Assembly (NCBI GenBank): GCA_022711355.1
Contig: JAKLFE010000007.1
Span: 17,776-81,775 of the forward strand
DNA: 64,000 bases
Source of the DNA: Spirochaetota bacterium
GTDB taxonomy: Bacteria; Spirochaetota; Spirochaetia; Treponematales; Rectinemataceae
Direction: 5' to 3'
The translations under genes were made by a program, and so were the position numbers. Position 1 is the first letter of the stretch; each line of letters starts with the position of its first letter. The notes under the pieces are model-generated. The model was not told the DNA's origin, searched no databases, and saw only the letters and a list, made by a program, of their open reading frames with translations. Below are positions 10,759 through 20,933 of the stretch, piece by piece.

Positions 10759-12795
10759 CTAGCGCATCTTCCGCACGAGGTTGAAGAGGCCCGGCCACTC
10801 GCTCCGGCGCTCGGGAATCGCGGGCGCCTCCGGCTTCGCCGCGGCGCCGGCTTGCGGCGCCGGCTTGGGCGCCGGCAGTACCTCGTCCCCGACGTTGACC
10901 GCGTCGAAGAAGCCGGCCCGCTTGAGCCTGCCCTCGGAGGCCTCCTCGCCGACGCGCTCGAGCTCGATCTCGCCCAGGAGGGCCTCGGGCGCGTAGGCCT
11001 GCCCCAGGCCCTCGGGCCTCACCGCGAGGCTCCCCTTCTTGAGGACGAGGAGCTTGTCCCCCGGCGCGAGGCCCTCGGCCTTGCCGAGGTCGACGAGGAC
11101 CCGATCCTGGCCCCGTTTGACGATGACGCCGCGGGGGGCCAGGGAGGAGACGAGGGAGTCGCAGATCCTGGAGGCCGCGCTCTTGAGCCGGTCGTTGCCC
11201 GAGCGGTAGGCCTCGACGCTCGCCGCGGGGCTGCCCGTGCGGGCGACGCGGAGCTCGAGGGAGATGGAGAGCTCGCGCTCGCTCTCCCTGATCCTCGCGA
11301 TCGCGAAGTAGTCGACCTCCGCCTCCCTCGCCCTGCGGAAGGCCTCGGCGTAGGTGGGGGCGGCCGGGGGCACCTCGGCGACGGAGAGGCGGGGCGATGA
11401 GGAGAGGATGTCCTTGAGGTAGCCCAGGACGGCGGCCTCGGCCCCGGCGTGGACGCAGGCGTCGGGCGAGCTCTCGTACATGAGGGCCAGGGAGTAGTGC
11501 CGCTTCGGGAGGGACTCCTCCTCGACCGACCAGGCCCGGCCCAGGTCCTCCGCGAGGAGGGACTCGTAGATCTCGATCGCGTCGAGGACCTCGCGGGAGG
11601 CGCGGCCGTTGTCCTTCAGGAAGCGGAGCTCGGAGAGGTACTTGCCCGGATAGCCCCGCGACTTGAGGAGCTCCGCGTAGAGGAGCCGCCCCGAGCCCGA
11701 GTAGGGGTAGATGCGCAGGCCCCGGCGGTACTCGAAGAGGGCGGGATCGTAGAGGCTCCGCTCCGCGAGCTCGCGGCCCCGCTGGAAATGCCACTCGGCG
11801 TAGGCCTCGCGCGACTGGTCCTCGGCCGGCGAGTCCTCCATCACGATGAGCTCGAGGGCGACGCGGGCGAGCTCGTCGTCGGGCCTGAGGGAGGTCGCGG
11901 TCCTGAGGCTGTAGACCGCGTCGGCGCGCTTGCCGGCCGCGGCCTGGGCCGCGCCGAGGGTGTACCAGGCCATGCCGTCCCTGCGGTCGCGGGCCACCGC
12001 CTCGCGCATGAGGGCGACGGCCTCGGCGTAGGAGCCCGAGCGGAACATGAGCTGGGCGAGGAGGAGGCGGGCCTCGGCGTAGCCGGGCTTGATGCCGAGG
12101 GCGGCGCGGGCGTGGAAGGCCGCGCCCGCGGCGTCGCCCGCGTAGTCGGCGACCTGGGCCGCCACGTACTGGGTGCGGCTCTCGCCGCCGTGGTAGCGCA
12201 GGGCCCGCTCCACCAGGGCGCGGGCCTCCTCGGCCCTGCCCTGCTCCCGCGCGAGGAGGGCGAGGGAAAGAAGGGCGCGGCCGTTCTGCGGGGAAAGCCG
12301 GAGGCTGTCCTCGAGGCGGGCGCGGGCCTCGGTGCGCCTGCCCTCGGCCAGGTCGAGGACGGCGAGGCCGAATCTGGCGTCGAGGTCGTTGGGCGCCCGG
12401 CCGATCACGAGCCCGAAGGACTTCTTCGCGCCGGCCAGGTCGCCGAGGGCGGCGAGGACGAAGCCCTCGAGGTTGGCCAGGGCGTTGTCCCCCTTGCGGA
12501 GGGCCAGGGCCCGCCTCGCGTAGGAGAGGGCCTGGTCGTACTCGCCCAGGCCGTAGTAGGACTCGGCGAGGCCGGCGAGGGCCTCGCCGTAGGAGGGATT
12601 GCGGGCGATGGCCGCGAGGTAGGCCTCGATGGCCCCGTACCAATCCTCGGCGAAGCGCAGCTCCTCGGCCGCGGCGAAGGATTCCCTGGCCGTGGCGGCC
12701 GGCGGGACGGCCTGGGCGGCCGCGGACAGGGCGGCCGCGGCGAGCAGGAGCGCGGCGGCCGCGGCGCGCGGGAGCGATGAGGACCTCGATGCCAT
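10759..12795 (-). CDS. Secreted tetratricopeptide-repeat (TPR) protein
   Basis: Signal-peptide-like N-terminus (AAAALLLAAAALSAAAQA). Repeated A-x-x-Y/ALxLxP TPR-like units span the N-terminal 330 aa. It is the last gene of the phoH-ybeY-corC operon. Confidence 0.6.
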   Translation of the reverse strand: MASRSSSLPRAAAAALLLAAAALSAAAQAVPPAATARESFAAAEELRFAEDWYGAIEAYLAAIARNPSYGEALAGLAESYYGLGEYDQALSYARRALALRKGDNALANLEGFVLAALGDLAGAKKSFGLVIGRAPNDLDARFGLAVLDLAEGRRTEARARLEDSLRLSPQNGRALLSLALLAREQGRAEEARALVERALRYHGGESRTQYVAAQVADYAGDAAGAAFHARAALGIKPGYAEARLLLAQLMFRSGSYAEAVALMREAVARDRRDGMAWYTLGAAQAAAGKRADAVYSLRTATSLRPDDELARVALELIVMEDSPAEDQSREAYAEWHFQRGRELAERSLYDPALFEYRRGLRIYPYSGSGRLLYAELLKSRGYPGKYLSELRFLKDNGRASREVLDAIEIYESLLAEDLGRAWSVEEESLPKRHYSLALMYESSPDACVHAGAEAAVLGYLKDILSSSPRLSVAEVPPAAPTYAEAFRRAREAEVDYFAIARIRESERELSISLELRVARTGSPAASVEAYRSGNDRLKSAASRICDSLVSSLAPRGVIVKRGQDRVLVDLGKAEGLAPGDKLLVLKKGSLAVRPEGLGQAYAPEALLGEIELERVGEEASEGRLKRAGFFDAVNVGDEVLPAPKPAPQAGAAAKPEAPAIPERRSEWPGLFNLVRKMR

Positions 12796-12798
12796 GCC

Positions 12799-13644
12799 TT
12801 ACTCCTCGCCCTCCGCGGCGCCGCCCGGGGCGGGGCGCCGCGAGATCTTCACCGACGTTATGCGATGCCCCTCGATGTCCTGGACCGTGAAGTCCAGGCC
12901 TCCGGCGCTCACCCGCTCGTAGCGGGCGGGGATCTTGCCGAAGAGGGCGAAGACGTAGCCCCCGAGGGTCTCGAACTCGCCCGAGGGGAGCTCGGCCCCG
13001 ATCTCCCTGCCCAGGTCCTCGAGGTCGGCCCGCGCGTCGCAGAGCCAGGCGCCCTCGCCGAGGCGGACCACGTCCTCGCGCTCCTCGTCGAACTCGTCCT
13101 GGATCTCGCCGACGATCTCCTCGATGATGTCCTCGAGGCAGACGATCCCCGAGACGCCGCCGTACTCGTCCACCGCGATGGCGATGTGCACGTGGCGGCG
13201 GCGGAACTCGCGCAGGAGCGAGTCGATGCGCTTGGACTCGGGGACGAAGTAGGGCTTGCGCAGGATGTCGGCGAGGGCGAAGTCCCCGCCCTTGACGAGG
13301 GCCCGCAGGAGGTCCTTGGCGTAGAGGACCCCGACTATCTCGTCTATCGTCTCCCGGTAGACGGGGATCCGGGAATGGCCGCTCGAGACGACCGCCTCGA
13401 GGAGCTCCTCGCGGCCGGCGTCCAAGGGGAGGAACACGGCGTCGATGCGGGGCACGAGGACCTCGCGGACCGTGGTCTCCGAGAGCTCCTTGACCCCCTC
13501 GATCATCTCGCGGCGCTCGCTGGCGGCGAGCTCCTCGCGGGCGCGGTCCTCGCCGGCGGGAGCGCCTCCCGGGGCGCCGTCCCGGGTCCCCGCCCCGCGG
13601 CGGCCGAGCATCCGCCCGAGGAGGGCCGAGAGCGAGGCGCTCAC
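12799..13644 (-). CDS. corC: CBS-pair plus CorC/HlyC domain protein (CorC/TlyC family Mg/Co efflux-associated)
   Basis: Tandem CBS motifs and a C-terminal transporter-associated domain. The position after ybeY is conserved in many bacteria. Confidence 0.75.
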   Translation of the reverse strand: MSASLSALLGRMLGRRGAGTRDGAPGGAPAGEDRAREELAASERREMIEGVKELSETTVREVLVPRIDAVFLPLDAGREELLEAVVSSGHSRIPVYRETIDEIVGVLYAKDLLRALVKGGDFALADILRKPYFVPESKRIDSLLREFRRRHVHIAIAVDEYGGVSGIVCLEDIIEEIVGEIQDEFDEEREDVVRLGEGAWLCDARADLEDLGREIGAELPSGEFETLGGYVFALFGKIPARYERVSAGGLDFTVQDIEGHRITSVKISRRPAPGGAAEGEE

Positions 13645-14180
13645 CGGCCCTCCCCCCCGCCGGCCTCCGCCCGGCCGGGTCGGGCGAGGCGCCGGAGCAG
13701 CTCCTCCTGGAGGGAGAGCATCGGGTTGGATAGGTCGTTGTCGGCGTGGTCCATGCCGGCGAGGTGGAGGATGCCGTGGAGCACGAGGCGCCTGAGCTCC
13801 TCGCCGCGGTCGATCCCGCCCTCGTCCGCGTTGCGCGAGAGGCTATCGAGGGAGATCACGATGTCGCCCGCGAGGTAGCGCTCGGCGCCCGAGGGATCCC
13901 GGTAGCTCGCCCCCTGCTCGAAGGAGAGGACGTCGGTCGGCTCGTCCTTGTCGCGGTACTGCAGGTTCAGGCCCCGGATGAAGCGATCGTCGCACAGGAG
14001 GATGGAGAGGTCCCAGCCCTCCTTCCCGAGCTCGGCGAGGGCCGAGAGGGCGAAGCCGCGGGCCAGCTCGAGCCACTCGGGGGTCCCCACGCCCTCGACG
14101 GAGATCTCCACCTCGTTCCGCGGCGCCGCGCTCCGCGGTTCCGCCTTCGCCGGCTTCTCGTTCCGCGGCCCCTCGCTCAT
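13641..14180 (-). CDS. ybeY: rRNA maturation endoribonuclease YbeY
   Basis: HGILHLAGMDH is the zinc-binding H-x-x-x-H-x-x-x-x-x-H motif of YbeY/UPF0054. Confidence 0.85.
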   Translation of the reverse strand: MSEGPRNEKPAKAEPRSAAPRNEVEISVEGVGTPEWLELARGFALSALAELGKEGWDLSILLCDDRFIRGLNLQYRDKDEPTDVLSFEQGASYRDPSGAERYLAGDIVISLDSLSRNADEGGIDRGEELRRLVLHGILHLAGMDHADNDLSNPMLSLQEELLRRLARPGRAEAGGGEGR

Positions 14181-16438
14181 CTGGCTTGCTCCCGCCCGAC
14201 CTTCGGGTACTCGATCCGCGAGTGGAAGTGGCCGGCGAGGATGCGGGTGAAGCTGTCGCGTATCGCGTCGATATCCTTGAAGGTGAGGTCGCAGCGGTCG
14301 AGCTGTCCCTGCTTCACCTTGTCCATGACTATCTCCCGGATGAACTCCTCGAGCCGGGGCATCGTCGGGCGCTTGAGGCTGCGCGTCGCCGCCTCGACCG
14401 AGTCCGCCAGCATGACGACCGCCGCCTCCTTCGACGCGGGAGGCTGGCCGGGATAGGAGAAGTCCTCCGGGTTCGCCTCGGGCTCGGACTTGCGCGCCTC
14501 GGCCAGGAACCAGGCTATCGCCGCGTTGCCATGGTGCTGGGCGACGATGTCGACCACCGCGTCCGGCAGGCCGAGGGCCCGGGCCTTCTCGGCGCCGATC
14601 TTGACGTGGCTCCGGATCACCGTGGCGGATAGGCGCGGGGAGAGCTCGTCGTGCTTGTTGTAGCCCGACTGGTTCTCGACGAAGTACTCCGGCTGCTCGA
14701 TCTTGCCGATGTCGTGGTAGTAGGCCCCGACCCGCGCGAGCAGGGGATCGGCGCCGATCTCGCGGCAGGCCGACTCGGCGAGGTGGGCCACGGTGACCGA
14801 GTGGCTGTAGGTGCCCGGCGCCACGGTGAGCAGGCGCTTGAGGATCGGCGAGTTGAGGTCGGAGAGCTCCATGAGGCGGAAGCGCGTCGGCGCGTTGAGC
14901 GCCTGCTCCAGCACCGGCAGGAGGGCTAGGGCGAGGAGGGCGCAGGCGAAGCCGTTGCCGGCCCCCCAGAGCGCGGCCCAGAGCACGGCCCCGGAGCCCG
15001 AGGCGCCCGGGGCGGCGAGGAAGGCGGCCGCGGCACCCTCGAGGAAGGCCAGGAGGGCGCCGGCGCGCACGAGCTCGATGCGCGAGGAGGCCGAGCGGAC
15101 CGCGAAGGTCCCCGCCGCGCTCGACAGCGAGCAGAAGACCAGGAGGCGCGCGTCCAGGCCAGCGGCCGCCTGGGCCAGGAGGGCGAGTATCATGCCGTAG
15201 AGGGCCGAGTAGCGGGGGCCGGCGAGTACCGAGGTGAGCATGGCCAGGAGGGCCGTGGGCAGGAGGAAGCCGACGGACATGGGCTCGTCGGCGAGGAGCC
15301 GCGCGACGAGGAGGGCGGCGATGAAGTAGGCGAAGGCCGCCGCGCCGAGGAGGTAGTCGTGGGACCTCCGCTGCCTCGAGCCGGCGACGCCGGGGCCGAG
15401 GACGAAGAGGCCGAGCGCGATGGTGGCCGCGAGGAGGCCGACGCCGCCCAGGCCGGCGCCCCAGTCGACGCGGGATAGCTCGTCGCGGGCGTCGGCCAGC
15501 TTGGCGGCGTCGGCGGCGGAGACGACGGCGCCCTTGCGCAGGATATGCTCGCCCTTGGCGATGGTGCGCCGCACCGGCTCGACCCGGGAGCGCACGGCGT
15601 CGAGGCGGCGCTCGCTCTGCTCCGCGTCGAAGAAGGCGTTCTCGACCGCGAAGGAGCGCACGAGGCCCCCGGCCAGGGCCGCCACGGGGCGGCCGATCCT
15701 CCGGACCGCGGCCTCCTCGTCGATCGCCGATCCGAGATTCTTGAAGGTGAGGAGGCGGCCGCGGGGTATCTCCTCGGCGGCCGCCTTCCCCTCCGAGACG
15801 CGCCGGAGCTCGACGTAGTCGCCGTTGTAGCGCTCGAGGCCCTGGGCGGGCAGGGCGGCGATGCCCCGGTCGAGGAGCCGCCTGAGCATGGCCTCGGCCT
15901 GGGAGAGGGCCTGGGCGCGGTAGGGCGAGCGGGCGACGGAGAGGACCTCTTCCCGGGACAGGAGGCCGGGGAACTGGCTCTGAATGGAGAGGTAGAGCGT
16001 GTCGTCGGCGGTCTTGCGCGCGACGAGCTCGGCGACGAGGAGCTGGAAGGAGCGGTAGCGGTCGAGGGCGCGGGCGGCGGGCTTGTCGTCGATCACGAAG
16101 ACGGGCAGGACGAGCCGCTCCTCGGCGGCGATCCGGAGCGCGGTCGCCGCCTCGTCGACGTAGCTGAGCTCCCGCTCGGCCACGAAGTCGCGGTCGGCGA
16201 CCAGCCCCACCTCGATCGCGGGGAGCTCGTGGCGCGAGGCCGCCGAGCCCGGCCCGAAGAGGAGGAGGAGGAGGACGGAGGCGGCGGCCGCGAGGGCGAG
16301 GGCCGCCGCGGCCGGCTTGTCGATCCGCCGCGCGAGCTCGGAGGCGCGGGAGGAGGCCCCGGCGCGGATCGCGCGGAGGAAGAAGGACGGGGCCGATCCC
16401 GAAGGCTGGGTCCCGGCTTGCGGCTTATTCCGATTCAT
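14177..16438 (-). CDS. 7TM receptor with intracellular HD-GYP-like HD hydrolase domain (YqfF/7TMR-HD family)
   Basis: Signal/TM N-terminus, large extracellular region, multi-TM block (residues ~330-520) and a C-terminal HD domain (YYHDIGK…HH). Its position between phoH and ybeY is conserved. Confidence 0.75.
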   Translation of the reverse strand: MNRNKPQAGTQPSGSAPSFFLRAIRAGASSRASELARRIDKPAAAALALAAAASVLLLLLFGPGSAASRHELPAIEVGLVADRDFVAERELSYVDEAATALRIAAEERLVLPVFVIDDKPAARALDRYRSFQLLVAELVARKTADDTLYLSIQSQFPGLLSREEVLSVARSPYRAQALSQAEAMLRRLLDRGIAALPAQGLERYNGDYVELRRVSEGKAAAEEIPRGRLLTFKNLGSAIDEEAAVRRIGRPVAALAGGLVRSFAVENAFFDAEQSERRLDAVRSRVEPVRRTIAKGEHILRKGAVVSAADAAKLADARDELSRVDWGAGLGGVGLLAATIALGLFVLGPGVAGSRQRRSHDYLLGAAAFAYFIAALLVARLLADEPMSVGFLLPTALLAMLTSVLAGPRYSALYGMILALLAQAAAGLDARLLVFCSLSSAAGTFAVRSASSRIELVRAGALLAFLEGAAAAFLAAPGASGSGAVLWAALWGAGNGFACALLALALLPVLEQALNAPTRFRLMELSDLNSPILKRLLTVAPGTYSHSVTVAHLAESACREIGADPLLARVGAYYHDIGKIEQPEYFVENQSGYNKHDELSPRLSATVIRSHVKIGAEKARALGLPDAVVDIVAQHHGNAAIAWFLAEARKSEPEANPEDFSYPGQPPASKEAAVVMLADSVEAATRSLKRPTMPRLEEFIREIVMDKVKQGQLDRCDLTFKDIDAIRDSFTRILAGHFHSRIEYPKVGREQAR

Positions 16439-17381
16439 AGGCTTCGATGATCCTTCGGACGAGCCCCGAGCGGACTACGTCCCGCGAGTCCAGCCGGCAC
16501 ACGAAGATATCCTCCACGCGCGAGAGCACCTGGAGGGCGTGCACGAGGCCGGACTCGCCCTTGCGGGGCAGGTCGATCTGCGTGACGTCGCCCGTGACCA
16601 CGGCGCGCGAGTTCTCGCCGAGCCGGGTGAGGAACATCTTCATCTGCTCCTTGGTCGTGTTCTGGGCCTCGTCGAGTATGACGACGCAGTTCGAGAGGCT
16701 GCGCCCCCGCATGTAGGCCAGGGGGGCAATCTCTATGGCCCGGGACTCCTCGAGGCGGCGCACGACCTCGAAGGGGACGAGGGCCTCCATGGAATCGTAG
16801 AGGGGGCGGAGGTAGGGGCTGATCTTCTGGGCCAGGTCCCCGGGCAGGAAGCCCAGGCTCTCGCCGGCCTCGACCACCGGGCGGGTGAGCACGAGCTTGC
16901 GCTTGGACTTGGTCAGGAGCTCGCGGAGGGCCCAAGCCACGGCGAGATAGGTCTTGCCCGTGCCCGCGGGGCCGACGGCGAAGCTCAGGTCGTGGGAGGC
17001 GAGCCCCTTGAGGTAGAGGGCCTGGCTGCGGCTGCGAGGGAAGACCTTCCCGAAGCCGCCGGGTATCTGGACGCAGGAGTCGAGGAAATCGCCGCAGGAG
17101 CCCCTCGGCTCGCCCTCGGGCGTGAGGTCGGCGTAGATCGCTATGATGAGGTCGGGGGTCGGGGGCAGGCCCTCCGCCATGGACTCCAGGAGGCGCTCTA
17201 CCAGGGAGCGGAACAGGCTCCGCGCCGGCTCCTCGTCGGACTCGAGGAAGAGCTCGTTGCCGCGGCAGAATATCCTCGAGCCGACCAGGCGCTCCATGAC
17301 GCGGAGGTTGTAGTCGTTCGCCCCGCAGACCTCCGCGAGCGCGCTGGTATCGTCCAAGACTATGCCGACCGTGGCGTCCAA
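16425..17381 (-). CDS. ybeZ: PhoH-like ATPase
   Basis: GPAGTGKTYLAVA Walker A and DEAQN Walker B within a PhoH fold. First gene of the ybeZ-HD-ybeY-corC unit. Confidence 0.85.
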   Translation of the reverse strand: MDATVGIVLDDTSALAEVCGANDYNLRVMERLVGSRIFCRGNELFLESDEEPARSLFRSLVERLLESMAEGLPPTPDLIIAIYADLTPEGEPRGSCGDFLDSCVQIPGGFGKVFPRSRSQALYLKGLASHDLSFAVGPAGTGKTYLAVAWALRELLTKSKRKLVLTRPVVEAGESLGFLPGDLAQKISPYLRPLYDSMEALVPFEVVRRLEESRAIEIAPLAYMRGRSLSNCVVILDEAQNTTKEQMKMFLTRLGENSRAVVTGDVTQIDLPRKGESGLVHALQVLSRVEDIFVCRLDSRDVVRSGLVRRIIEAYESE

Positions 17382-17443
17382 ATCCGCTCCTAGGGCCCTA
17401 CTCTACCCGCGCGGGCCTAAAAAAGCAACACGGGCGCGCCGCC

Positions 17444-20400
17444 TCAGTACGCGAAGCCATCCTCGTCGTAGACGGCCTTGGTCTTGACCTCCGTGATGTC
17501 CCGCCACTGGAGGAGGATGGTCAGGGAGGGCTCGATGACGTACTTCTTGAGCTCGGTCTTGAGCTCGGGAGTGGCCGTCACCTCCATGGAGAGGTCCCAA
17601 TCGTGGAGGTCGTGCTTGAGCGCGAAGGAAAGGCTCTTGAGCTTGAACAGGCCCCGCTCGAGGGCCTCGCTGTCCCAGAAGGAGAGGGAGTCCCAGACGT
17701 CGGCGAGGAAGCTCCGCTTGTAGGCATCGGGCCAGCCGGGAAGGGAGGAGGGGGCGCTGAAGAGCTCGGGGTAGTAGCGCCAGGCCGAGGAATTCTGCGA
17801 GGTGGTGGAGAAGCTGAGCTCGATGAACTCGCTCAGCTTGAAGCCGGCCGTGAGGCCGAAGGTGATCGAGGACTCCGAGAAGCGCAGGAGGCTCTGGGAG
17901 AGGGAGGCGTTGGCGTCTATGGACCAGGTCGCGCGGCTCTCGGGCCTCGACTTCAGGCCCTCCTTCAGGGTCATGGAGAAGCTGCTCGCCCGGAAGGACT
18001 CCCCGGATATGGCTACCCAGCCGGAGCCGAGCACGGGCTCGTAGGCGATGGCCCGCTTGGCCGTGAGCGAGGCCGAGAAGGGCCCCCAGGAGAAGGTCGA
18101 GACGTTGGAGACCGGATAGCCTTCCTCGGTGTCGTAGACGAAGGTGTCCGAGAGGCTCGGCCAGGGAGCGAGGGCGAAGGAGAGCGTCGAGGTCAGGGGA
18201 TCGAAGGAGAAATCCTCGCCCTCGGAGGCCCGGTAGATCCGCTCCTGGACGCTGAGGTCGAGGGGGCCGCCGTCGAGGCTGAGCTTGGCGCTGTAGGACT
18301 CGATCAGGGGCGGGAGGCTCATCGTGAGGCCGAGGCTCTGCTGGAGGTTCCGGGGCCGGAGGGCCAGGGTGAGGCCGGCGCTGTGGCTCGTCACGCTCGT
18401 GTCGTCCCAGGAGAAGAAGCTCTCGTCGTAGAGGGGCTCCTCGTCGACGAGCTCGGAGTACTTGTAGGAGTAGAGGGTGCCGGCGAGGCTGTAGTTCAGG
18501 GAGGTGGCTGACCAGAGCCAGGAGGAGGCGAAGGGCCGCGAGCTCAGGTTGAGGCTGCTCGTCAGCTTGCGGGACTTGTACTGGTAATCGGCCAGGAGGA
18601 GTGAGGCGGCCTTGTCGATATAGGGATCCTCGTCGTAGAGGTAGCTCCGATACTGGTCCTGGTCGGCGTAGGCGAAGCTCAGGGCGGCCGTCGCGGAGGC
18701 CGGCGCGAGGGAAGCCTTGGCGTCGAGGCCGGCGGATAGGCGGTAGGAGAGGAGGGAATACAGGCGGGAGAAGTCTATGTCGTCGGGCTCCGTCAGCTCT
18801 TTGTTTCGGTAGCTGTCCTCGAGGTAGGCGGAGGGCGAGAGGCTCCAGCCGATCGACGCGCTCCAGGGCTCCGATGTCGCGGCGCCCGAGGAGGCCGGGA
18901 AGCTCGGGGCGAGGGCGGGCAGCCTGAAGGAGGGCTCGGCGGAGCCCGCGGCCGCCTGGCCCGACGCTCCGGCGCCGTCTCCGGCGGGGGCCGCGGGCTC
19001 GCCCTCCCCTCCGTCTCCGGCCGCCCCCTCGGCCGCCCAGGGGCTCCGCAGCTCGGGGCCCGCCGGGGCGGAGGGCGCTCCCGCCTCGGTCGCGCCCCGG
19101 CCCTTCGTGTCGAGGAGGCTGCCCTTGATGCTCATCGCCAGGTCGAGGGGCCGGAGGAGGCTCGGATAGAAGAACTGCCGGGCGGGATCGACGTAGTAGA
19201 GGGTCGTCGACTCGGGATACGAGGAGACAGGCAGGGTCATGGAGAGCCAGCTCATCGAGGCGCCGACCTTGGTCAGGTCGATGGAGCTGATCCAGGGAGC
19301 GAGGGCCTTCGGCGCCAGGCTGAGGGAGAGGCTCAGGGATTGGGCGAGGCTGGTCGTCGTGGAGATGGTGGTCGTCGTTTCCTCGCTCGACTTGAGGAAG
19401 CTGAACCAATCCATGTCCTCGGACCTATCCTTGAAGTCCTGGTTGAAGTAGGGATCCGAGAGGAGGGGCAGGGAGAAGCTGGCCGAGACGGGGCCCGCCT
19501 TCAGCGAGCCGGCGAGCTCGAGGCCGAAGCGCAGGGGAAGGCCGAGGCCGAGGAACTCGGAGCGGTTCCAGACGCTCTCCCAGTCCCCCGCGCTCACGTA
19601 GGGCGAGTAGTTGGCGGTGCCCACGTCGAAGAGGGAGCGCGAGAGGCCGAGGCCGAGGGAGAAGTCGAGCTTCGTGAAGGGCCCGGCCGAGGGGAAGGAG
19701 CCCTGGAGCCCGGCGAAGCCCCCCAGGCCCGAATAGACGTCGAGCATGGCCTTGAGCATGCCCTCGTCCTTGGGAGCCTGGCCGGGAACGCGGCGGAGGA
19801 AGAGCCCCTTGAGCTCGGTGCGGCCGGACCCGGTCCCGCCCTGGTCGACGAGCTTGAAGATGCTCGTCGTCTCGGCCTTCTTGGGCTTCTGGCCGAGGAG
19901 GTAGGTCGTCGTCTGGACGAAGCGGCCCTCGCGGGAGCGGAAGCCGAAGACGGGGTTGAAGACCAGCTCGTCCCCCGGGTAATAGAAGAAGGGCAGCCAG
20001 AGCACCGGCACGTTCCCCACGGAGAAGAGGGCGTTGGCTATCGCGATCTCCTTGTCGCCGAGGAGCCAGACCTTGCCCGCGCGGATGGAGTAGTGGGGAT
20101 CGTCGGCCTCGCAGGAGCTGATGACCCCCTTCTCGAGGATGAGCACGTCGCCCGAGCGCTTGACCATGGTCTGGGCGGACATGGCTAGGCCGCGATCGCC
20201 TTCCTTGGCTCCCTCGCCCGCCCGCCTGACCTTGCCGTCGAGGAAGACGCCGGACCAGTCGTCGAGGCTCGCGCTCAGGGCCTCGCCGATGAAGGTCTCG
20301 GTGACGGTGCCCGTCGTGCGGACGTACTTGACCGAGCCGCGTGCGGTCACCGAGCCGTGCTCGCGGTCGTAGGCGAGCTCGTCGGCCTCGACCCGGTGGC

Positions 20401-20875
20401 TCGCGCCGCCCTCCTCAGTCACGGAGAGGAGGACCCCGCCCGAGGCGCGGACCACTCCGCCCTCCCCCTCCTCCGCCTTGAAGTAGCGGGCTCGGGCCGC
20501 GCGCTCGATCCTCACCGTCCGCTTGGCCGAGGGCGAGGGAGGAGGGGCCGAGACGCCGTAATGGGCGTAGAGCCGGGCGCGGAGCTCCTCGGCCGAGCCG
20601 GCCTCCGAGAGGCCGATCGAGCGGGCCCAGGCGACGAGCTCGTAGTAGGATGCCGTGGATATGTCGGCGGGCAGCGTGGCGAGGAAGATGCTCTCCTCGG
20701 CCGGCCCGGCCGCGGCGGGAGCCGCCGGCTCATCCGCGGGGGCGCCGGCTCCGGGGCTCGCCTCCTGAGCCCGAGCCTCGGCGGCCGCGCCTTGGGCGGA
20801 AGCCGGCCGGAGCGCGGCGCCGAGGCAGGCCGCGAGGATGAGCGGGGGAAGCGTCCGCCCGAGCCAAGGTCGCAT
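17444..20875 (-). CDS. lptD: Very large outer-membrane protein with an LptD/OstA-like core (putative LPS-assembly protein)
   Basis: Signal peptide present. The segment …SSCEADDPHYSIRAGKVWL…ANALFSVGNVPVLWLPFFYYPGDELVFNPVFGFRSREGRF… parallels the conserved E. coli LptD region (…TSC…W…ARFKVGPVPIFYSPY…P.GD.RRSGFL.P). C-terminus ends …DGFAY, an aromatic beta-barrel signature. At 1143 aa it is about 40% longer than E. coli LptD. Confidence 0.55.
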   Translation of the reverse strand: MRPWLGRTLPPLILAACLGAALRPASAQGAAAEARAQEASPGAGAPADEPAAPAAAGPAEESIFLATLPADISTASYYELVAWARSIGLSEAGSAEELRARLYAHYGVSAPPPSPSAKRTVRIERAARARYFKAEEGEGGVVRASGGVLLSVTEEGGASHRVEADELAYDREHGSVTARGSVKYVRTTGTVTETFIGEALSASLDDWSGVFLDGKVRRAGEGAKEGDRGLAMSAQTMVKRSGDVLILEKGVISSCEADDPHYSIRAGKVWLLGDKEIAIANALFSVGNVPVLWLPFFYYPGDELVFNPVFGFRSREGRFVQTTTYLLGQKPKKAETTSIFKLVDQGGTGSGRTELKGLFLRRVPGQAPKDEGMLKAMLDVYSGLGGFAGLQGSFPSAGPFTKLDFSLGLGLSRSLFDVGTANYSPYVSAGDWESVWNRSEFLGLGLPLRFGLELAGSLKAGPVSASFSLPLLSDPYFNQDFKDRSEDMDWFSFLKSSEETTTTISTTTSLAQSLSLSLSLAPKALAPWISSIDLTKVGASMSWLSMTLPVSSYPESTTLYYVDPARQFFYPSLLRPLDLAMSIKGSLLDTKGRGATEAGAPSAPAGPELRSPWAAEGAAGDGGEGEPAAPAGDGAGASGQAAAGSAEPSFRLPALAPSFPASSGAATSEPWSASIGWSLSPSAYLEDSYRNKELTEPDDIDFSRLYSLLSYRLSAGLDAKASLAPASATAALSFAYADQDQYRSYLYDEDPYIDKAASLLLADYQYKSRKLTSSLNLSSRPFASSWLWSATSLNYSLAGTLYSYKYSELVDEEPLYDESFFSWDDTSVTSHSAGLTLALRPRNLQQSLGLTMSLPPLIESYSAKLSLDGGPLDLSVQERIYRASEGEDFSFDPLTSTLSFALAPWPSLSDTFVYDTEEGYPVSNVSTFSWGPFSASLTAKRAIAYEPVLGSGWVAISGESFRASSFSMTLKEGLKSRPESRATWSIDANASLSQSLLRFSESSITFGLTAGFKLSEFIELSFSTTSQNSSAWRYYPELFSAPSSLPGWPDAYKRSFLADVWDSLSFWDSEALERGLFKLKSLSFALKHDLHDWDLSMEVTATPELKTELKKYVIEPSLTILLQWRDITEVKTKAVYDEDGFAY

Positions 20876-20933
20876 CGCCGCTATAGTAGCCGGCGCGGCG
20901 GGGCGCGTAAAGGCCGGGCCGTCGCGTGGCCGC

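Noticed and set aside
10730-12643. 637-aa minus-strand ORF in an alternate frame of the TPR gene
   Set aside because: Extreme Arg/Pro/Gly composition (RRPRRP… repeats) and overlap with the in-frame signal-peptide/TPR ORF. It is a frame artefact.
17403-19409. 668-aa minus-strand ORF overlapping the lptD-like gene
   Set aside because: It is in an alternate frame of the 1143-aa signal-peptide-bearing OMP and has low-complexity Arg/Pro/Leu composition.
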